Below are positions 26,901 to 35,124 of a stretch of DNA of 64,000 nucleotides, in pieces. This stretch comes from Vicinamibacteria bacterium (lineage in GTDB: Bacteria > Acidobacteriota > Vicinamibacteria > Marinacidobacterales > Marinacidobacteraceae): positions 2,624,001 to 2,688,000 of the forward strand of contig OY821641.1 of the NCBI GenBank assembly GCA_963555995.3, written 5' to 3'. The position numbers and the translations under genes were made by a program. The stretch's first letter is position 1; every line of letters begins with the position of its first letter. Below the pieces are notes generated by a model. It had not been told where the DNA came from. It saw only the letters and a program-made list of their open reading frames with translations, and made no database searches.

Positions 26901-29572
26901 CGGAGTTACTTCTGGAACACGGAGCAGAGCTCGGACAGGCCGTGGGTTATGGCCTCGTGTCGCGCCCCTGGATGGACTGGAAGGACGCGCGCGAGGGTGT
27001 TGAGGCACTCAGCGAGGAGTCGAATTCCACGCTGCTTCACTGGGCAGCACTGCGCGATGCCACGGACGTCGTGGACATGTTGCTTGACCGCGGCCTCGAT
27101 CCGGAGGCGGAAGACGCCGAGGGCCGGACGCCGCTGGACTACGCCGCCCAAGGTAACGCCGTCGGTGCGTTGGAGCGTCTTCTGGATCGCGGGGCCGACA
27201 CGAGTGGCAGTCGACGGACGAGCGGCACACCACTTCACAGCGCGTCCCGCGCCGATGCAGTGGACGCCGCGCATCTGTTACTGGAACGTGGATCGGATGT
27301 GCAGGCCGGCGAATCCGACATCGGCACGCCGCTCCACATGGTCCGTTCGACGGAGCTCGCGTCGCTTCTCCTCGATAGTGGGGCCGACGTTGACGCGCGA
27401 GACTCCAACGGAAGCACTCCACTTCACAGCGCCAACGGCAACCGAGCCGTCGCCGAGCAACTGCTTGAACGGGGTGCCGACATCGAAGCGACTGAAGGCT
27501 CTGGAAATACGCCGCTGCACCATGCCGCCGGGGCAGAGAAAGGAAGTGATGTTGCGGAAATCCTGCTCGATCGTGGCGCATCCATCAATGTACCGAACCA
27601 CAACGGAAATACCCCTCTGCACCTAGCCGCATCCGAGACCGGACACAACGATGCCGGAAAGGCGACTGTACTTTGCCTACTCAGGCGGGGTGCTGATGTC
27701 GACCTCGTCAACGCGGATGGCAAGACGCCGCTGATGGTTGCCATCGAAGGGTCCGAAGACTGGGAGGACGTGGTTCGGGATGTGGCAGCATGCTTCCTTG
27801 ACCACGGAGCGGACATCAATGCCCGTGACACACGTGGAAGTACGCCGCTCCACCTGGCGGCTCGATGTCGGTATTCGTCGGTGAGTGAGGAACTGACCTC
27901 GCTGCTCCTTGAGCGTGGTGCCGCCGTTGACGCTGCAGACAACGACGGTCGTACGGCGCTCCATGTTGCTGCAGGCACAGGGCATTCGCGGGTGTCGGCC
28001 GAGCTAATCCGTCGCGGAGCCGACGTCCACGCCCGGACGAAAGAGGGGGAGACGCCGCTGTACAGTGCCGCCGATGGAGCGGCGTGGGGACGATCCGCTG
28101 AGGCTGTGGAACTCCTTCTGGATGAGGAGGCGATGGTTCACGCGAGAACGGAGGACTGCTGGACCCCTCTTCACGCGGCGGCAAGTAGCGGAGCGAAGGA
28201 AGCAGTTGAACTGCTCCTGGATCGCGGAGCGGACTGCCAGAGCCAGACGCGATCCGGCGAGACGCCACTGCATCTGGCGGCGTATCTGCATCTTGTCCAG
28301 GAGTCGGACAATTCGCCCCCGACCGTCAGCAGGCAGCAACTCGAAGTTGTGCAACTGCTCTCGCGTGGGGGTTGCGAGTGGAATGTGAAGGATGAGAGTG
28401 GAGATACGCCACTGAGGTGCTATGTGAGGCAGTGGTGGAGATACAGGAATCGCATGCCCGACGGCCTTGACGGCATCGAATTCGTCCGGCGTTGCGGTGT
28501 GGATGATTCCGCCTTAGTCAATGCCGCCGTCGAGGACCTCGTTCGAGTAGCACCCGAGATGCGTAGCCGATCACTATCTGGCGATCCCGAGAACGCGTCC
28601 GAATCTCTGGACACCCGCACTTACGAGGATTCCAAGGCCACTGTTGATTTTCTTCTCGATCGCGGCGCCGACGTGAATGTACTCAACGCAGCCGGGCGCG
28701 CGCCGATCCACATCGCGGCGGCGGCGGGCGTACCGTCCGTCGTCGAATTCCTTCTGGACCGAGATGCGGAGGTCAACCGCCCCGATGCAAGCGGAAACAC
28801 GCCGCTTCACTCTTGGGCTGAGCAAGTCCTCCTGGATCGCGGTGCTGACGTGATGGCGCGCAATGCGGACGGCGAAACCCCGCTGCACTCGGCAGCGGGT
28901 CGTGATGACTATGTAGCGGCGGAGTTCCTGCTTCGCCATGGTGCAGATGTTGACGCGAGGGACAAGAACGCCGCGACGCCCCTGCATCGGGCCGCTTTCG
29001 AGAATTCGACGAGTGTCGCGGAACAGCTACTGGATCAGGGTGCCGACATCGCGGCCGAAGACCAGAGCGCTGAGACTCCGTTGCACGCCGCGATCCGCGG
29101 TGGCGCCTGGGAAACAGTCGAATTCCTACTGGAACGCGGGGCGGACCCGCAGTCCATCGAGGAGTACGAGTCGGAGGGTCTGGTGGAGACTGGGGCGTCG
29201 ATCGAGGACCGCATCTGTGCCGGGAAGATGCTCCGGATCAAGCGAATCGAGGAGGGCCTGTTTGATGCGCTATGGGAGGGGCTGGACGAACTCTCCCGCC
29301 GCAAGGGATGGGATGAAGGTATGCGCGTCTTTCGGCGGTTACATGAGTGTGTGGAAGACTGGGGCAGTGCGCGATACATGTTCGACTACCCAGAGGAGAA
29401 TCGCGGATTCGGCGCAAGTCTTGAAGGGCTGCTCCGGGAAGAGGGTGAGGAAGGACCGCTGATGCGCCAGCTTCGAGACAAAGCCGACTTCGAATGGCTC
29501 CGCGATCTGGTGTGGGAGCTCAGAGACGGCACGTTGCTGGACCCAGAGCGGTGGGTTGAACGGATGGACTGA
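23945..29572 (+). CDS. Ser/Thr kinase fused to ~36 ankyrin repeats
   Basis: LGQGGFAITY, VALKEY, HRDITPRN, IDFGAAR, YAPPEQ, DIYALG; then repeated G.TPLH.AA...LLD.GAD. Confidence 0.92.
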   Translation: MAREYPDALPAGYRLEEFKIVRVLGQGGFAITYLAKDNYRDQEVALKEYFPAGNAMRTGGTRVEPTPGAREVFDWGYRRFLDEARAQSKFRHPNIPVLHRYFRANGTAYVAMDYIKGPSLSDLLADRGSLSVNQWRPWLDRLLDALEHVHGHDYLHRDITPRNILIRESDNQPVLIDFGAARVAGGDKTRTVVLTKAYAPPEQGSARAKQGPYTDIYALGAVSYCVLTGELPATPSDRAAGEEHEPLAQQLEEAFDWVVAVDRALCLRPKDRPQKTAAWRKELHEAAAKMWLSGEPDQIAARDAEGLTPLHRAAAAEPVPGVVATLLELGADIHAVAGRDDVVLFERHGDTPLHRAAAANPNPDITAVLLDRGADVRAQDLIGEQPLHHAARHNSNAKEIALLLDRGADIHAKDDSGSAPLHAAAEANSHPGVLTLLLDRGADIHVRNRDGETPLHHAGENPHADVVTLLLDFGADLHARDANGNTPLHVTAWHNRNPETFRLLLNRGGDLQARNSSGATPLHCAVRGSQSSEVLALLLDQGADPHAVDGEGRTALHWAASEDAMETVQLLIERGADIEAKDSDGRRPLHLAASEDASSAAELLLSRDACVRARDQGGCTPLHRAAGRDCLRVSQLLLDNGADVGGRTPTDTRNWTSKLDLGRAAGEELETLWWLAFDSYDPTTKVPISIHDPDWALWFLACDNHCDITGWAETTPLHTAARTNGQRVTALLLDRGADPAARDSTGRTPLHVAALNNAVDAARLLIQSSPRSLGVKDTAGRTPLHFAAWGDARETAELLLRHRAEIKCSEETRAKTWFWKESRRPADIVCLLLSGPFGEPGSGCREDAKAVKGWHDLRMLTERLLHKGHTPLHWAAFGDSRDVAELLLDKGVNVHGGADDGMTPLDLAALGDALITARLLIDCGADVCGRKGHATPLHWAALGNSRETLALLLERGADVAVDIGTAKSEGMTALFWAVLGKASHAAELLLEHGAELGQAVGYGLVSRPWMDWKDAREGVEALSEESNSTLLHWAALRDATDVVDMLLDRGLDPEAEDAEGRTPLDYAAQGNAVGALERLLDRGADTSGSRRTSGTPLHSASRADAVDAAHLLLERGSDVQAGESDIGTPLHMVRSTELASLLLDSGADVDARDSNGSTPLHSANGNRAVAEQLLERGADIEATEGSGNTPLHHAAGAEKGSDVAEILLDRGASINVPNHNGNTPLHLAASETGHNDAGKATVLCLLRRGADVDLVNADGKTPLMVAIEGSEDWEDVVRDVAACFLDHGADINARDTRGSTPLHLAARCRYSSVSEELTSLLLERGAAVDAADNDGRTALHVAAGTGHSRVSAELIRRGADVHARTKEGETPLYSAADGAAWGRSAEAVELLLDEEAMVHARTEDCWTPLHAAASSGAKEAVELLLDRGADCQSQTRSGETPLHLAAYLHLVQESDNSPPTVSRQQLEVVQLLSRGGCEWNVKDESGDTPLRCYVRQWWRYRNRMPDGLDGIEFVRRCGVDDSALVNAAVEDLVRVAPEMRSRSLSGDPENASESLDTRTYEDSKATVDFLLDRGADVNVLNAAGRAPIHIAAAAGVPSVVEFLLDRDAEVNRPDASGNTPLHSWAEQVLLDRGADVMARNADGETPLHSAAGRDDYVAAEFLLRHGADVDARDKNAATPLHRAAFENSTSVAEQLLDQGADIAAEDQSAETPLHAAIRGGAWETVEFLLERGADPQSIEEYESEGLVETGASIEDRICAGKMLRIKRIEEGLFDALWEGLDELSRRKGWDEGMRVFRRLHECVEDWGSARYMFDYPEENRGFGASLEGLLREEGEEGPLMRQLRDKADFEWLRDLVWELRDGTLLDPERWVERMD

Positions 29573-29721
29573 TGGGACCGCAGGTGCGCGGTCCGCACGC
29601 TGGTGAGTCCTGCGTGTTTCGCCCGCCTGCGGCGGGCGGGTGCTGGCTGAAGTCGGCGTTCTGGGCCAGGGCTGCCGTGGGGCCGGTGGAGTCACGACGT
29701 GCGCGGCGCGGAGCGCCGCGC

Positions 29722-29865
29722 GTGCCGGTCTGGAGACCGGCGTTCCAAGCCGTTTCGCCATTTTCATGACCGGCGGGGTGTGCACGGCTACGGCGCCAGT
29801 GCGAACGGTGCATCGCGTGTTTCGCCCGCCTATGGCAGACGATGCCGGCCGGAGGCCGGCGCTCC
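29722..29865 (-). repeat. Two REP-like palindromes in minus orientation
   Basis: GTGCCGGTCTGGAGACCGGCGTTCC (29722-29746) and TGCCGGCCGGAGGCCGGCGCTCC (29843-29865). Confidence 0.8.
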
Positions 29866-29950
29866 GAGGCCTCCTGCTCCGTCTTGTCCGGGTTCGGCGA
29901 CACCGCGTCCACCCGCACCGTCCGGGAGCGAGCGCTGGAAGCAGGTTGCG

Positions 29951-31087
29951 TTATCCGGCGGTGGATGGCGACGGCCGCGAGGATCGCCCCAGGATGTGGT
30001 CGGCGAAACTGGGAATTCCCATTTCCCAGACCGACGGCTCGGCCTCCCACAACACGCCCAGGTCGCTGAGGGTGTTCAGGAGCCCGATTTCGCTGGCCGG
30101 GACGGGCGCCGTCGCGACGAACTCGTCTAGGTCGTCGTCGTCGAGCTGCCCGCCGCGCCTCCGGACCAACGCGGCGAGCGGCCCCAGTGCGCGGTGCACG
30201 GACCGTGCGCGCGCCTCGGCAAAGCGTTCCGCGTAGAACCGCTGGATTACGGTCCGTGCAGCCTCGATACCTTCCTGGGCTGACTGGAGCCCGATCCTCG
30301 GGGAAGACGCGGTCTCCGCCGCGCGCCAGGCAGCGCTGCCGAGCAACTGGATGAAGTACGGATACTCCTGTGACTCCTGCGCGAGGAGTGTGACTGCGTC
30401 GCCGTCCATCGGAAGCCCGGCCCTTCGGGCGGGCTCTCCGAGCGCCCGCACCGCCTCCGACCGTGCGATGCGACCAACCGGCACCCGTGCTAGCGCGCGC
30501 TCCGTGAACGTGCCCGCCAGCCGTAGCCGCCGCGGCGCATCGGGGGTCCCCGCAGCCACGAGCAGGAAGGGCAGGTCCGCGCGGGTGGCGGACTGGACGG
30601 CGTCGAAGAAGAGGCGGCCGGCGTCGGGTTCGATGGCGTGGACCTCGTCGAGCAGGATCACGAGCGGGGCCGGCGCCTGGCCGATCCAGTGCGCGAACAG
30701 CTTGGTGATGTTCCGCGCTGGTTCGCCTGGCTCGGTCGAAACACCGAATCCGGCAGCCTGCACGCCCGTGATTCGCGTTCCGGCGAGGCCGGTGCGTTCC
30801 CTCAGTTCCCCGCGGAGCGCCTCGGGGTCGCGGCATGCCGCGCCCGACAACTCCTCGACCCGCAGCCCCCGCCCGCGAGCATCCTCCGCGATCTGCGACA
30901 GCAAGACAGTCTTCCCGTTGCCACGAGGGCCGTAGAGCAGAAGTCCCTGCGGGGGCCGGCGCCCGCGCTCGAGCGAACTCAGCAGCTCACCGGCAGGCGC
31001 GAGTTCCGCCGCCCGCCCCGCGAGGAGCGGCGGCCGCGCGCCGGCCCCCGGTTGGAAGGGGTTCGCCGGACCGCGGGTTCCCGTCAT
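29951..31087 (-). CDS. P-loop ATP-binding protein (AAA_16-like), paralog A
   Basis: NPFQPG..PP.LAGR, LLYGPRGNGKT, ILLDEVH, YPYFIQLLG, W.MGIPSF. Confidence 0.85.
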   Translation of the reverse strand: MTGTRGPANPFQPGAGARPPLLAGRAAELAPAGELLSSLERGRRPPQGLLLYGPRGNGKTVLLSQIAEDARGRGLRVEELSGAACRDPEALRGELRERTGLAGTRITGVQAAGFGVSTEPGEPARNITKLFAHWIGQAPAPLVILLDEVHAIEPDAGRLFFDAVQSATRADLPFLLVAAGTPDAPRRLRLAGTFTERALARVPVGRIARSEAVRALGEPARRAGLPMDGDAVTLLAQESQEYPYFIQLLGSAAWRAAETASSPRIGLQSAQEGIEAARTVIQRFYAERFAEARARSVHRALGPLAALVRRRGGQLDDDDLDEFVATAPVPASEIGLLNTLSDLGVLWEAEPSVWEMGIPSFADHILGRSSRPSPSTAG

Positions 31088-31181
31088 GCGCCGAGCCTAC
31101 CGCAGGTTCCGGCGGCGAACCGGGCTCCGGGCGCCGCAGCGCCCCGCGACGGTGGAAGGTCCCCAGCGTCTTCAATGCGAG

Positions 31182-31235
31182 TTTTCTCCACTACCTGCCC
31201 GAGGTGGGAAAAAACCGACCCGTTTTACGTCTATG
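31182..31235 (+). promoter_or_regulatory. Second copy of the putative ECF-sigma promoter/operator
   Basis: TTTCTCCAC...GGTGGGAAA-AAACCGACC...CGTCTATG; GGGAAA-N16-CGTCTA. Confidence 0.5.
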
Positions 31236-31300
31236 CATGGTGAGGGCGCCCAGATGGTGGCGCTCCGAACACCGGCATAGACTCCGAGGAGGGCCGAGCC

Positions 31301-31921
31301 ATGACGACCACCCAGCACGATTCGACATCCACGACCCTGGAGGAGGTCAAGACCATCCTCCGCGAGTTGGCGGAGCGTCAGAAGGAGACCGAACGAGTGC
31401 TGCGGGCGAACGACGAGGAGATCGATCGGCAACTCAAGGAAACCGACCGGCAGATGAAGGAAACCGACCGGCGGCTACGCCGCGCGGAGGACCTGTTCAC
31501 CACCCAGTGGGGGCGGCTCGTGGAGTCGCTCGTCGAGGGCGACCTGTTGAAGCTGCTGCGGGAGCGCGGCGTAAAGGTTGAAGCCGTCTACTCACGCCTC
31601 CGGCTGGAGTGCGGTCCGTACGAACGGGAGGTGGATCTTCTCGCGACGAACGGGGAGGAGGCGGTGGCGGTCGAAGTCAAGACCACCCTGCGGCCGCCCG
31701 ATGTGGACAGATTCCTCGGCCTCCTGACGCACCCGCCGCTGCTGCGGCACGTCGGGGGCCGGCGGTTGTACGGCGCCGTCGCGTACCTCCGGGAACACGA
31801 GGGAACGGCCCGCTACGCCGAGCGGAAGGGATTGTTCGTGATCCGGGCGACCGGCAACAGCGCCAGCATCGTCAACCCGGCGGAGTTCCGGCCGCGCGAC
31901 TTCCACCTGCCGGCCGGCTGA
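31301..31921 (+). CDS. Coiled-coil + PD-(D/E)XK-like protein (DUF3782-like)
   Basis: GGAGG RBS; KETDRQ heptad repeats; WGRLVE, EVDLL, VAVEVK, LYGAVAY, GLFVI. Confidence 0.8.
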   Translation: MTTTQHDSTSTTLEEVKTILRELAERQKETERVLRANDEEIDRQLKETDRQMKETDRRLRRAEDLFTTQWGRLVESLVEGDLLKLLRERGVKVEAVYSRLRLECGPYEREVDLLATNGEEAVAVEVKTTLRPPDVDRFLGLLTHPPLLRHVGGRRLYGAVAYLREHEGTARYAERKGLFVIRATGNSASIVNPAEFRPRDFHLPAG

Positions 31922-31973
31922 GGGGCCGCCGGTGCGAACGGCGTAGCGCGGTTTCGCCCGCCTGCGGCGGGCC

Positions 31974-32162
31974 GTGCCGGCTGAAGCCGGCGTTCCAAGC
32001 CGGACGCGCCGTGCGGCCGAGCGGCTATACGCGCTCGGCGGCCCTTCGGATCGCGTGCCGGCTGAAGCCGGCGTTCCAAGCCGGACGCGTCCTCCCCGCG
32101 GTCAGCGCCGCGCGGATGGCGCCCGCCTGCGGCGGGCGATGCCGGCCGGAGGCCGGCGCTCC
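31974..32162 (-). repeat. Three co-oriented REP-like palindromes (BIME-like)
   Basis: GTGCCGGCTGAAGCCGGCGTTCC at 31974 and 32055; TGCCGGCCGGAGGCCGGCGCTCC at 32140. Confidence 0.8.
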
Positions 32163-32165
32163 GAG

Positions 32166-34223
32166 CTACTCGGGTTCGCCGAGGTTGATGGGCTCGGGGT
32201 CGACGAGCTTGACGGCCCAGAGGCCGGAGTTCATGTCGCTGAGGAAGATGTTGCCCTTGTAGGGCTGGGGTCCCCAGACCATCGGGGCGTTCGGGATGCG
32301 GCTCTCGGGGTCGAACGGGCGGAACATGGCGATCTCGCGGCCCTGGCGGTAGAGGTCGCCCCGCAGTTCGCCGGAGATGTCCACCACCCGGAGACCGCCG
32401 TTGTAGTAGGCGATGTAGAGGATGTCGTCCTCGACCCAGAGGTTGTGGGTTCCCGCCTCGGGGACCTGGTAGCGGGCGACCTCGCGGGCGTTCTCCCAGT
32501 CGTCCCACTCGAAGATGTGGATCCAGCCAGCGGCCCGGCCCGGGGTGCGCTCGGCGCGCATCGTCTGGTAGGGGAACGCCTCGTCGCCGCCGATCATCAG
32601 GAACTTGCCGGTGGACTGGCTCCGGTAGGGGTAGGCCGCGTGGTTCCAGCCGCTCGGGTACGGGGTCTTGCCGAGCATCACCGGGTTGTTCGGGGCGCCG
32701 CCCATGCCGCCGCCGCCCACGTCCACCGCGACCACGCCGTCGCTCCAGTTGGACGAGTACGCGATCCCCTCGTGGACCCACACGTCGTGGATGGAGTGGC
32801 CCGGCGTGTCCAGCTCGAAACGCCCCACCCGGTAGGGGTTCGTCGGGTCCTCGGCGTTCAGGATGTCGTAGCGGCGTCCCGCGGAGAGGGCGTAGACGTG
32901 GTCCTCGGCGATGAAGACGTTGTGGACGCCGCCGGAGAGCTGGTCGTCGTAGCGGGCGATCACCGAGACGCCGTTCAGCGGATCGCTGACGTCGAGGATC
33001 ACGAGGCCGTTCTTGCGGTTGGAGGCCCCTTCGCGGCTGATCACGCAGAACATCCCGTCCTCGGAGACCTTCACGTCGTTCACGGTCCGGGCGTCCACCC
33101 GCACCGTGTCTATCAGGGCGATGGCCGAAGGGTCGGTGACGTCCCAGAAATAGGCGTGGCCGTCCGCGCTGTGGGTGCCGGTAACGGCGTAGTCCCGGCC
33201 GTCCACGCCCTCCCAGACCCAGAGGTCCGAGGTGCGCCGGTCGCGGACCGGCCCCTGCCCGACCACTTCCACGTCCTTCCGGACGTTCCGCGGCGCCACC
33301 GCCACCGTCGCGCTAGCCGAGGTGGTGAACCCGTCGGCGATCACCGTGTGGGTGCCGGTGCGCTCCGCCACGAAGGCGCCCTGCTCGTCCACCTGCCCGA
33401 TGGCGCCCGGGGCGACGATCCCGTCGGTCGGGACCCCGAAGGTCGCGAACTGCACCGGATAGTCGGGCACCTCGTTCCCCGAAGCGTCCATCGCGGTCGC
33501 GGTGAAGAACACCACGTCGCCGGTCCGGACCGCGTCCTCCGGCGCGCCGCTCAGGGTGATCGAAGCGACCGGGTTGGCGAGCACCTCGATCGCGGTGTCG
33601 CTCGATGCCTCCTCGGCGGAGACCGTCACGGTCGCCGCGCCCGCGCTCACCAGCGTGAGCACGCCAAGGGCGTCCACGCTCGCGACCGACGGATCGTTGC
33701 TGCTCCAGCCCACCTCCACGTCGTTGCGGACGGCGCCCGAAATGTCCGTGACCAGGGAGCGGAGCCCGAACTCGGTGCCGGTATAGAGATGGCCCGGCAG
33801 GTTCACGACCTCGACCGTGGCCACCGGGGGGTTGGGGATGGTTACCGGGATCTCCACCATCACCGCGGGCTCGGCGCGCCGGGAGGTGTCCTCGGGGTCC
33901 TTCGGGACCATGGCGATCAGGGTGTGCTCGCCGGGGCGGTAGGCCTCGACGATGCCCGCCGGGTTCACGCCGACCGAGCGGCGGCGGCGCGAAAAGAACA
34001 CCACCGTGCGGTCCATCGGGTTGCCCTCGGCGTCCCGGACCTCGGCCTCGAGCGTCAGCGAGTCGCCGACCTCCAGTTCGACCTCGGACGGGGTGATGAG
34101 GAGTTCGGCGGGCTCGGGACCGGCCTCGGCTTCCTCTTCTTCCTGGGCGAACGCCGGGAAGGCGAGAAGCAGGGCGGTAACTGCCGCGACGAAAACGAAA
34201 CGGGAATCTTGAGTTCGGGTCAT
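32166..34223 (-). CDS. Secreted Ig-like + LVIVD-repeat protein, paralog 2
   Basis: 685 aa, collinear with and highly similar to paralog 1. Confidence 0.88.
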   Translation of the reverse strand: MTRTQDSRFVFVAAVTALLLAFPAFAQEEEEAEAGPEPAELLITPSEVELEVGDSLTLEAEVRDAEGNPMDRTVVFFSRRRRSVGVNPAGIVEAYRPGEHTLIAMVPKDPEDTSRRAEPAVMVEIPVTIPNPPVATVEVVNLPGHLYTGTEFGLRSLVTDISGAVRNDVEVGWSSNDPSVASVDALGVLTLVSAGAATVTVSAEEASSDTAIEVLANPVASITLSGAPEDAVRTGDVVFFTATAMDASGNEVPDYPVQFATFGVPTDGIVAPGAIGQVDEQGAFVAERTGTHTVIADGFTTSASATVAVAPRNVRKDVEVVGQGPVRDRRTSDLWVWEGVDGRDYAVTGTHSADGHAYFWDVTDPSAIALIDTVRVDARTVNDVKVSEDGMFCVISREGASNRKNGLVILDVSDPLNGVSVIARYDDQLSGGVHNVFIAEDHVYALSAGRRYDILNAEDPTNPYRVGRFELDTPGHSIHDVWVHEGIAYSSNWSDGVVAVDVGGGGMGGAPNNPVMLGKTPYPSGWNHAAYPYRSQSTGKFLMIGGDEAFPYQTMRAERTPGRAAGWIHIFEWDDWENAREVARYQVPEAGTHNLWVEDDILYIAYYNGGLRVVDISGELRGDLYRQGREIAMFRPFDPESRIPNAPMVWGPQPYKGNIFLSDMNSGLWAVKLVDPEPINLGEPE

Positions 34224-34332
34224 GGTGCAGCGACGGCCGGATTTGCGGCCTCTCGGCAGGGAAATATATGCCTGTCCCCTGCCATGGCGATCACGCGGAA
34301 TCGGAACACCCCGCGAACCGGCGGACGATCCG

Positions 34333-34361
34333 TTGACTTACCGGGGTAATGACGCCACAAT
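34333..34361 (+). promoter_or_regulatory. Sigma70-type promoter with an internal palindromic operator
   Basis: TTGACT-N17-CACAAT, with TTACC-GG-GGTAA at 34338-34349. Confidence 0.7.
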
Positions 34362-34393
34362 GGCACGGAGCGCGACGCTCGGAGGCAGGCGCC

Positions 34394-34654
34394 GTGGAGA
34401 ACATCCAGTCCCGGATCACGTCCCAGGGCCAGGTGTCCATCCCGGTGCGGATTCGGCGCAAGCTGGGCCTGGCGCCCGGCTCGACGGTCGAATGGTGCGA
34501 ACGGGGAACGGAAGTGATCGTGCGCCGGGCGGCCAAGCACTCGTCGCTGGACATCCATCACGCCGTCTTCCCGTCACCGCCCGAGCCGAAAACCACGGAG
34601 GAGATGGACGCGGGCATCCGGGACCACCTCCGACGCCGGCATGCGCGCGCTTGA
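34394..34654 (+). CDS. AbrB/MazE/SpoVT antitoxin
   Basis: GGAGG RBS + GTG; SRITSQGQVSIPVRIRRKLGL.PG. Confidence 0.88.
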   Translation: MENIQSRITSQGQVSIPVRIRRKLGLAPGSTVEWCERGTEVIVRRAAKHSSLDIHHAVFPSPPEPKTTEEMDAGIRDHLRRRHARA

Positions 34655-35021
34655 CACGAACGTCCTGGTCCGGCTGATCGTGCGGGACGACCCGGACCAG
34701 GTGGGCCGCGCCGAAGCGTTCGTGCGGCCCGGCGCCTGGGTCCCGCTGATCGTCCTGGCGGAGACCGTCTGGGTCCTGGAGTCCACCTACGGCCTGGATC
34801 GGGAACGCGTGGCCACCGTGGTGGGCATGCTGCTGGACCACGATCGGCTGACCCTGCAGGACGAAGACGTCGTCCGCCGGGCGCATGCAATCTTCCGCGG
34901 CGAGGGGACCGCCGGATTCGCCGACTGCCTCATCGTCGAGACCGCCCGCAAGGCGGGGCATCGTCCCGTCGGGACCTTCGATCGAAACCTGTCGCGGGTG
35001 GACGGGACGGAGCGGCTCTGA
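34641..35021 (+). CDS. vapC: VapC PIN-domain toxin
   Basis: MRALDTNVLVR...VLAETVWVL...FADCLI...TFDR. Confidence 0.88.
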   Translation: MRALDTNVLVRLIVRDDPDQVGRAEAFVRPGAWVPLIVLAETVWVLESTYGLDRERVATVVGMLLDHDRLTLQDEDVVRRAHAIFRGEGTAGFADCLIVETARKAGHRPVGTFDRNLSRVDGTERL

Positions 35022-35124
35022 GCCGTCTCGGACCGCAGCGGGGGTTCACAGGTCCGGCAAGGGGACGGCCGCCGGCTTCTCGTCAGGTCGGGGCCGCAAC
35101 CTCAAGCAAGGGCCAGCACGTTCC

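Noticed and set aside
15227-29572. Assignment as a T6SS PpkA/PppA/Fha1 module or as Zorya
   Set aside because: There are no tss/hcp/vgrG genes, the MotB-like protein has vWA instead of an OmpA-like domain, MotA lacks a long ZorA tail, and there is no ZorC/D/E.
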